Shown here piece after piece: positions 44,800-49,840 of a stretch of 49,840 bases of DNA (its first letter is position 1; each line of letters opens with the position of its first letter). The DNA comes from Oscillospiraceae bacterium (GTDB taxonomy: Bacteria > Bacillota > Clostridia > Oscillospirales > Ruminococcaceae). Both the position numbers and the translations under genes were made by a program. The stretch is taken from positions 1 through 49,840 of the forward strand of contig JAZQMT010000083.1 of the NCBI GenBank assembly GCA_045543635.1, written 5' to 3'. The notes below the pieces were generated by a model. That model was not told the DNA's origin. It made no database searches and was given only the letters and a program-made list of their open reading frames with translations.

Positions 44800-46049
44800 T
44801 TTACGGTTGTATCGGAGAAAAATTAGGCCATAGCTTTTCCAAGGATATTCATAACAGACTTTTTGATTATGATTATGAGCTTTGCGAAATTCCCAAAGGC
44901 GAGCTTGATGCCTTTATGAAAAAACGCCCTTTTCGCGCTATCAATGTTACCATTCCGTATAAACTGGATGTAATACCGCATCTTTATGAAATAAGCCAAA
45001 TTGCAAAAAAGATAGGCGCGGTCAACACCATTGTAAACAGAGATGGCAAGCTTTATGGTTATAACACGGATTTTTCAGGGCTGTGCGCGTTGATAAAAAG
45101 AAACGGAATTGAGATACAAGCAAAAAAGGTGCTTGTTCTCGGCAGCGGCGGCACCTCTAAAACTGCGCTCGCAGTTGCGGAGCATTTGGGCGCGCGGGAA
45201 GTATATAAGGTTTCACGCTCTGAGCGCGAGGGCTGTATCACCTATGAAACCGCCCTCAGGGAGCATAGCGATGCTGAAATAATTTTAAATACTACTCCTT
45301 GCGGTATGTACCCGAATATCGGGGACTCCGCCGTGGATGTAAATGATTTCCCAAACCTTTGCGGCGTTGTCGATGCGGTCTACAATCCGCTTCGCAGTAA
45401 ACTTGTTTGCGATGCCAGAAAAAAAGGTATTTTGGCTGTCGGCGGGCTTTATATGCTGGTTGCACAGGCAGCATATGCTGCCGAAAAATTTGTGGGACAG
45501 AGCGTTGCTGAGGAAAAAATTGAGACAGTTTATAAGAGCCTTGTTTTAGAAAAGCAAAATATTGTTCTTATCGGAATGCCCGGTTGCGGCAAATCGACGA
45601 TCGGCAAGCTCCTTGCACAGGAGCTTAATATGGAGTTTGTTGACAGTGACGAGGAAATTGTTAAGAAAACCGGAAAAACCATCCCTGAAATTTTTAAAAG
45701 CTGCGGCGAAAGCGGTTTTAGAGAAATAGAAAGCCGGATTATTTATGAGCTTTCTAAAAAACAGCACGCCGTTATTGCAACGGGTGGCGGAGCTGTTTTA
45801 AACCGCCGAAATACCGAGCTTCTTTGGGGAAACGGCAGAATATATTTTATCGACCGTCCGCTTTCTTCGATTGTTGCAACCAGTGACCGCCCGCTTTCGA
45901 GCAACCGTGAGGACTTAGAGCGCCGCTACCATGAGCGATATAATATTTATTGTGAGAGTTGTCACTGTCATATAAAAGCATGTGATGATGCAAAGGAAAA
46001 TACACAAAAAATAAAAGAGGATTTTCAAAATGAAGCTACTTGTGATTAA
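44796..46049 (+). CDS. aroE: Fused shikimate dehydrogenase / shikimate kinase
   Basis: N-terminal G..L.HSFSKDIHN, NVTIPYK, NTD, GSGGTSK. C-terminal Walker A GMPGCGKSTIGK plus GGG.V. ATG at 44796; the ORF-track TTG at 44781 is less likely. Confidence 0.85.
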   Translation: MIYGCIGEKLGHSFSKDIHNRLFDYDYELCEIPKGELDAFMKKRPFRAINVTIPYKLDVIPHLYEISQIAKKIGAVNTIVNRDGKLYGYNTDFSGLCALIKRNGIEIQAKKVLVLGSGGTSKTALAVAEHLGAREVYKVSRSEREGCITYETALREHSDAEIILNTTPCGMYPNIGDSAVDVNDFPNLCGVVDAVYNPLRSKLVCDARKKGILAVGGLYMLVAQAAYAAEKFVGQSVAEEKIETVYKSLVLEKQNIVLIGMPGCGKSTIGKLLAQELNMEFVDSDEEIVKKTGKTIPEIFKSCGESGFREIESRIIYELSKKQHAVIATGGGAVLNRRNTELLWGNGRIYFIDRPLSSIVATSDRPLSSNREDLERRYHERYNIYCESCHCHIKACDDAKENTQKIKEDFQNEATCD

Positions 46050-46485
46050 CGGTCCCAACTTAAATATGCTTGGCATCCGCGAACCGCAAATCTACGGCAG
46101 TGAAACCTATGCAGATTTATGCAAACTCATAAATAAGCATGCCGAGAAAAAAGGATATGAGGTTGAGATTTATCAGTCCAATCATGAAGGAGACCTTGTT
46201 GACAAAATTCAAGGTGCCTACAATAAAAAGGATGGTATTGTTATAAATCCTGCTGCTTATACTCACACAAGTGTAGCACTGCTTGATGCACTTAAAGCTG
46301 TTGGACTGCCGGCAATTGAGGTCCATATCTCGGATGTTTCCAAAAGAGAGGTTTTTCGGCAGATTAGCTTTGTCAGAAGTTACTGTTTGAAAACCATTGC
46401 GGGCCATGGATTTTTAGGCTATCTTGAGGCGATGGATATTTTAGCCCAAAAGAACGGGGAAGATCAGAATGAAGGTTGTCATTAA
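46030..46485 (+). CDS. aroQ: Type II 3-dehydroquinate dehydratase
   Basis: INGPNLN.LG.REP..YG, QSNHEG, INPAAYTHTSVA, EVH.S motifs. Confidence 0.95.
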   Translation: MKLLVINGPNLNMLGIREPQIYGSETYADLCKLINKHAEKKGYEVEIYQSNHEGDLVDKIQGAYNKKDGIVINPAAYTHTSVALLDALKAVGLPAIEVHISDVSKREVFRQISFVRSYCLKTIAGHGFLGYLEAMDILAQKNGEDQNEGCH

Positions 46486-47677
46486 AAAGTCCCGAGCAAG
46501 CGGCTACGTTTGTGCACCGCCTTCCAAAAGCATGGCGCACAGAGCGCTTATCTGCGGTGCCCTTTCGGGACAAAGTGAGATTTTAAACCTCGCACCCTCC
46601 AAGGATATAACGGCTACGTTAGGCTGTTTAGAGGCACTTGGAGCAAAAATCGACAAAATACAAAACGGTATAAAAATAGGCGGGCTTGATATAGGTAACC
46701 CAAGCAAAAATGCTGTCCTTTTTTGTAATGAAAGCGGCAGCACACTGCGATTTCTTATTCCGCTTTGCATGCTGTCGGGCGAAAAAATCACCCTGACGGG
46801 AAGTGAAAGGCTTTTTCAGCGTCCGCTCACCGTTTACGAGGAAATAAGTAAAAATCATGGGATTTTCTTTGAAAAAACCAAAAACAGCGTTACCGTTTGC
46901 GGAAAGCTTAAAGCCGGAGATTACAGAGTCGCCGGAGATATATCAAGCCAATTTATTTCGGGGCTGATGTTTGCGCTTCCGCTCCTTGCTCATGACAGTA
47001 CCATTGAGGTAACGGGGAAGTTTGAGAGTGCTTCATATATTGATTTGACTGTCAGCGCACTTTCGGAGTTTGGTATTGCAATTAAAAGAGAAAAAAATAC
47101 ATTCTATATTGAAGGAAATCAGCGATACCGAAACAGTAGATATACTGTTGAGGGTGACTGCTCCAACGCTGCATTTTTAGAGGGCTTTAACCTTCTGGGC
47201 GGGCAGGTCACAGTTTCAGGGTTAAATTCTAAAACACTGCAGGGAGATAGCGTTTACCGCGATATTTATAAAGAATTGGTTTCAGGAAATCGGCAGTTTG
47301 ACCTTTCGGATTGCCCTGATTTAGCGCCCGTGCTGTTTGCACTTGCTGCTGCAAACGGCGGTGCTCATTTTACAGGGACAGCAAGGCTTCGCATCAAGGA
47401 AAGTGACCGTGCCTGTGCTATGCAAAAAGAGCTTGCCAAGCTTGGTATAAAGGTTTTGGTGGAGGAAAATGAGGTTTGGGTTTTGGGCGGCGAGCTGAAA
47501 GCTCCTACAGAGCCGATTTGTTCGCACAATGACCATCGAATCGTTATGGCACTTTCGCTGCTGCTCACTAAAACAGGAGGAACCATCCTCGGTGCCGAGG
47601 CGGTCAGCAAAAGCTACCCCGACTTTTTTGATGTTCTAAAATCTTTAAAGATTGGAATGGATATTTATGATCATTGA
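46469..47677 (+). CDS. aroA: 3-phosphoshikimate 1-carboxyvinyltransferase (EPSP synthase)
   Basis: PPSKSMAHRALI, ESGSTLRF, KESDR and DHRI.M motifs. Confidence 0.9.
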   Translation: MKVVIKKSRASGYVCAPPSKSMAHRALICGALSGQSEILNLAPSKDITATLGCLEALGAKIDKIQNGIKIGGLDIGNPSKNAVLFCNESGSTLRFLIPLCMLSGEKITLTGSERLFQRPLTVYEEISKNHGIFFEKTKNSVTVCGKLKAGDYRVAGDISSQFISGLMFALPLLAHDSTIEVTGKFESASYIDLTVSALSEFGIAIKREKNTFYIEGNQRYRNSRYTVEGDCSNAAFLEGFNLLGGQVTVSGLNSKTLQGDSVYRDIYKELVSGNRQFDLSDCPDLAPVLFALAAANGGAHFTGTARLRIKESDRACAMQKELAKLGIKVLVEENEVWVLGGELKAPTEPICSHNDHRIVMALSLLLTKTGGTILGAEAVSKSYPDFFDVLKSLKIGMDIYDH

Positions 47678-48530
47678 TTCTTCTAAAAAAATTCTTATTA
47701 TCGGTCTGGGGCTTCTCGGCGGAAGCTATGGAATGGCATTGCGCCGCAAAGGTTATCATGTTTCGGCAATAACACTCGATCAGGAATCGATTGATTACGC
47801 TTTGGAGCATAATATTATAAGCCAAGGAACTACAAAGGTAGACCCCCAGCTTATTGCCTCTGCTGATATAATCGTTTTTGCGCTTTATCCCCATGTATTT
47901 CTTGATTGGGTGCGCCAAAACGGACACCTTATCCAAAAGGGGACGATTGTCACCGATGTAACAGGTGTCAAGGGCTGTGTGGTTTATGATATTCAGAAAA
48001 TGCTGCCCGAGGGTGTTGAGTTTATTGCAGCACACCCCATGGCAGGTAGAGAAGTTTTCGGTGTGAAAAACAGTGATGACAGTATCTTTCAGGGCGCTAA
48101 CTATATTGTTGTTCCTACCGAAAAGAACACCTATTCCGCAATTGAGCTTTGTAAAAGTCTTGGTCAGGAGCTGGGGTTCTCGGATGTCTCGGTACTGCCG
48201 CCTGAGCGACACGATGAAATGATAGCATTTCTTTCCCAGCTTACGCACTGTATTGCCGTTGCGCTCATGTGTGCCTCTGATGACCCTAATCTTGAGCGTT
48301 ATACAGGAGACTCTTTCAGGGATTTAACAAGAATTGCAAACATTAATGATAAAATGTGGAGCGAGCTGTTTTTATCCAACCGCGAAACACTGCTTTCTCA
48401 GATGGATAGCTATCGCGCAACATTTGAGCGGCTTTATAACACCATTAAAACAGGTGACCGTGAAGAAATGCGAAGTATGATGAGAATTTCCTCCGAGCGC
48501 CGCCGAAATTTTGATAAAAAGAAGGTTTAA
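47667..48530 (+). CDS. tyrA: Prephenate dehydrogenase
   Basis: ILIIGLGLLGGSYG Rossmann motif, HPMAG, and SHLPH-like SQLTHC. Start at 47667 preferred; 47652 is possible. Confidence 0.85.
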   Translation: MIIDSSKKILIIGLGLLGGSYGMALRRKGYHVSAITLDQESIDYALEHNIISQGTTKVDPQLIASADIIVFALYPHVFLDWVRQNGHLIQKGTIVTDVTGVKGCVVYDIQKMLPEGVEFIAAHPMAGREVFGVKNSDDSIFQGANYIVVPTEKNTYSAIELCKSLGQELGFSDVSVLPPERHDEMIAFLSQLTHCIAVALMCASDDPNLERYTGDSFRDLTRIANINDKMWSELFLSNRETLLSQMDSYRATFERLYNTIKTGDREEMRSMMRISSERRRNFDKKKV

Positions 48531-48537
48531 AACTCCT

Positions 48538-49566
48538 ATGAATATGCATTTTTACAGAAAATTACCCATTCCTAAGGATATTAAGGAACAGTATCCGATC
48601 ACCGAGCAAATGGCCGCGGTAAAAAAACAGCGTGATGATGATATTCGTGCCGTTTTTCAGGGAAAGAGTGATAAATTTTTGCTTATTATCGGCCCCTGTT
48701 CGGCAGATAACTATAATTCGGTTTTGGATTATATCTCTCGCTTGCGGCTGGTTCAGGATAAGGTACAGGATAAAATAATCATTATTCCCCGCATTTACAC
48801 CAATAAGCCTCGCACCACAGGTGATGGTTATAAAGGGATGCTTCATCAGCCTAATCCCGATGAAAAACCGGATATGTTAAAGGGTATCCTTGCGATTCGC
48901 GATGTGCATGTTGCGGCTTTGCGCGATTATGGATTTTCTTGTGCCGACGAAATGCTTTATCCCGAAAATTATCGCTATCTTTCCGATCTTCTTTCCTATG
49001 TCGCAGTAGGTGCCCGCTCGGTTGAAAACCAGCAGCACCGCTTAACCTCCAGCGGTCTTGACATTCCTGTTGGAATGAAGAACCCCACCAGTGGTGACCT
49101 TTCTATCATGATGAATGCCATTACTGCTGCACAGCACAGCCATATATTCCTCTATCGCGGCTGGGAGGTGGAGAGTGCCGGCAACCCTTGCGCTCATGCG
49201 ATCATGCGCGGTTATATTGATTTTGCCGGTAAAAATGTTTCCAACTACCATTATGAGGACCTTTTGAAGCTTTCTGAGATTTATGCAAAATCGGGGCTTG
49301 CAAATCCCTCTGCAATTGTTGATACCAACCATGCAAACTCAGGGAAGAAGTATCTGGAGCAGATAAGAATTGCAAATGAGGTAACTTACAGCCGCAGAGT
49401 AAACCCTGATATTAAAAAGCTTGTTAAAGGGCTTATGATAGAAAGCTATATTGAAGATGGTGCACAAGGCATTGGTGAGCATATTTACGGCAAGTCTATC
49501 ACTGACCCTTGTCTTGGTTGGCAAAAAACTGAAGCGCTCATTTTGGAACTCGCCGAAAAACTTTAA
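48538..49566 (+). CDS. aroG: 3-deoxy-7-phosphoheptulonate (DAHP) synthase, class I (AroG/F/H type)
   Basis: IGPCS, R.Y..KPRTT..YKG, GAR..E.Q.HR...SGL..PVG.KN, D..HANS, GKSITD.C.GW motifs. Start uncertain (48511 TTG, 48538 or 48544 ATG). Confidence 0.85.
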   Translation: MNMHFYRKLPIPKDIKEQYPITEQMAAVKKQRDDDIRAVFQGKSDKFLLIIGPCSADNYNSVLDYISRLRLVQDKVQDKIIIIPRIYTNKPRTTGDGYKGMLHQPNPDEKPDMLKGILAIRDVHVAALRDYGFSCADEMLYPENYRYLSDLLSYVAVGARSVENQQHRLTSSGLDIPVGMKNPTSGDLSIMMNAITAAQHSHIFLYRGWEVESAGNPCAHAIMRGYIDFAGKNVSNYHYEDLLKLSEIYAKSGLANPSAIVDTNHANSGKKYLEQIRIANEVTYSRRVNPDIKKLVKGLMIESYIEDGAQGIGEHIYGKSITDPCLGWQKTEALILELAEKL

Positions 49567-49589
49567 TAGTAAAAAAGAAAAGCTCCCGT

Positions 49590-49620
49590 TGAGGCACACT
49601 CCGTAAGGAAGTGTGCCTCA
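49590..49620 (+). terminator. Hairpin after aroG (no clear T-run)
   Basis: TGAGGCACACT / AGTGTGCCTCA 11-bp stem. Confidence 0.45.
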
Positions 49621-49645
49621 GTTATATTGTCTGTGACAAAGTTAA

Positions 49646-49840
49646 CCCCCTGTTCTACAGGGGGCAAAAAAATAGCTTTTAGCGAGGAGTAGAGTAGACA
49701 AGAAAAAAGCTCCTTGGTATAGTAGAAGTGGTTTGCCGACCCCACAACTAAAATATCAAGGAGGTCTTTATCGTGAAAGAGAAAGACATAAATAGTTTAG
49801 ACCATACAAGCTGGAGATGTCAATACCATATTGTATTTGC
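49646..49840 (+). mobile_element. Left end of an IS200/IS605-family element (continues beyond the window)
   Basis: Subterminal hairpin CCCCCTG-TTCTA-CAGGGGG (49646-49664) upstream of a tnpA start. Confidence 0.6.
49773..49840 (+). CDS. tnpA: IS200/IS605 family Y1 transposase TnpA, N-terminal fragment (cut by the window end)
   Basis: GTG start 9 nt after AAGGAGG. Translation VKEKDINSLDHTSWRCQYHIVF matches the conserved TnpA N-terminus (L.H..W.C.YHIVF). Confidence 0.75.
   Translation, partial: MKEKDINSLDHTSWRCQYHIVF

Noticed and set aside
47604-48248. 214-aa minus-strand ORF
   Set aside because: It is antisense to tyrA and has no motifs.

Overview
Firmicutes (Clostridia-like, about 45% GC) chromosomal segment, almost entirely + strand and dominated by amino-acid biosynthesis operons. 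In order: a tRNA-Val/tRNA-Gly pair flanked by unusual mini-hairpin arrays. An orphan ORF. nagA plus a ROK kinase. eda-kdgK. An OmpR-type two-component pair. A roughly 590-bp inverted-repeat-bounded insert carrying a truncated four-helix-bundle (23S IVS protein family) gene and a third hairpin array. malQ, then ppa on the minus strand. A TrpR-like yerC gene leading a complete his operon (hisZGDCBHAF-IE-K). A small RHH / Cys-rich gene islet. argCJBDF with ARG boxes. The most interesting block is 25.3-40.1 kb. Three T-box leaders there do not control aaRS or ilv/leu genes; they control three AMP-forming acyl-CoA synthetases. Two of these are HTH-cupin fusions and one is a TIM-barrel fusion. The same block holds a four-subunit 2-oxoacid:ferredoxin oxidoreductase, ilvE, a LeuA-like protein with a degenerate active site, and an amidohydrolase. 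I read this block as a tRNA-charging-gated salvage route from branched-chain fatty acids to branched-chain amino acids. It is followed by a nine-gene aromatic supraoperon (aminotransferase-pheA-aroB-aroC-aroE/K-aroQ-aroA-tyrA-aroG) preceded by a Phe/Tyr-rich leader peptide plus terminator (candidate ribosome-mediated attenuator). The window ends in the 5' end of an IS200/IS605 tnpA. All calls come from reading the sequence and translated ORFs; no database searches or folding computations were run.
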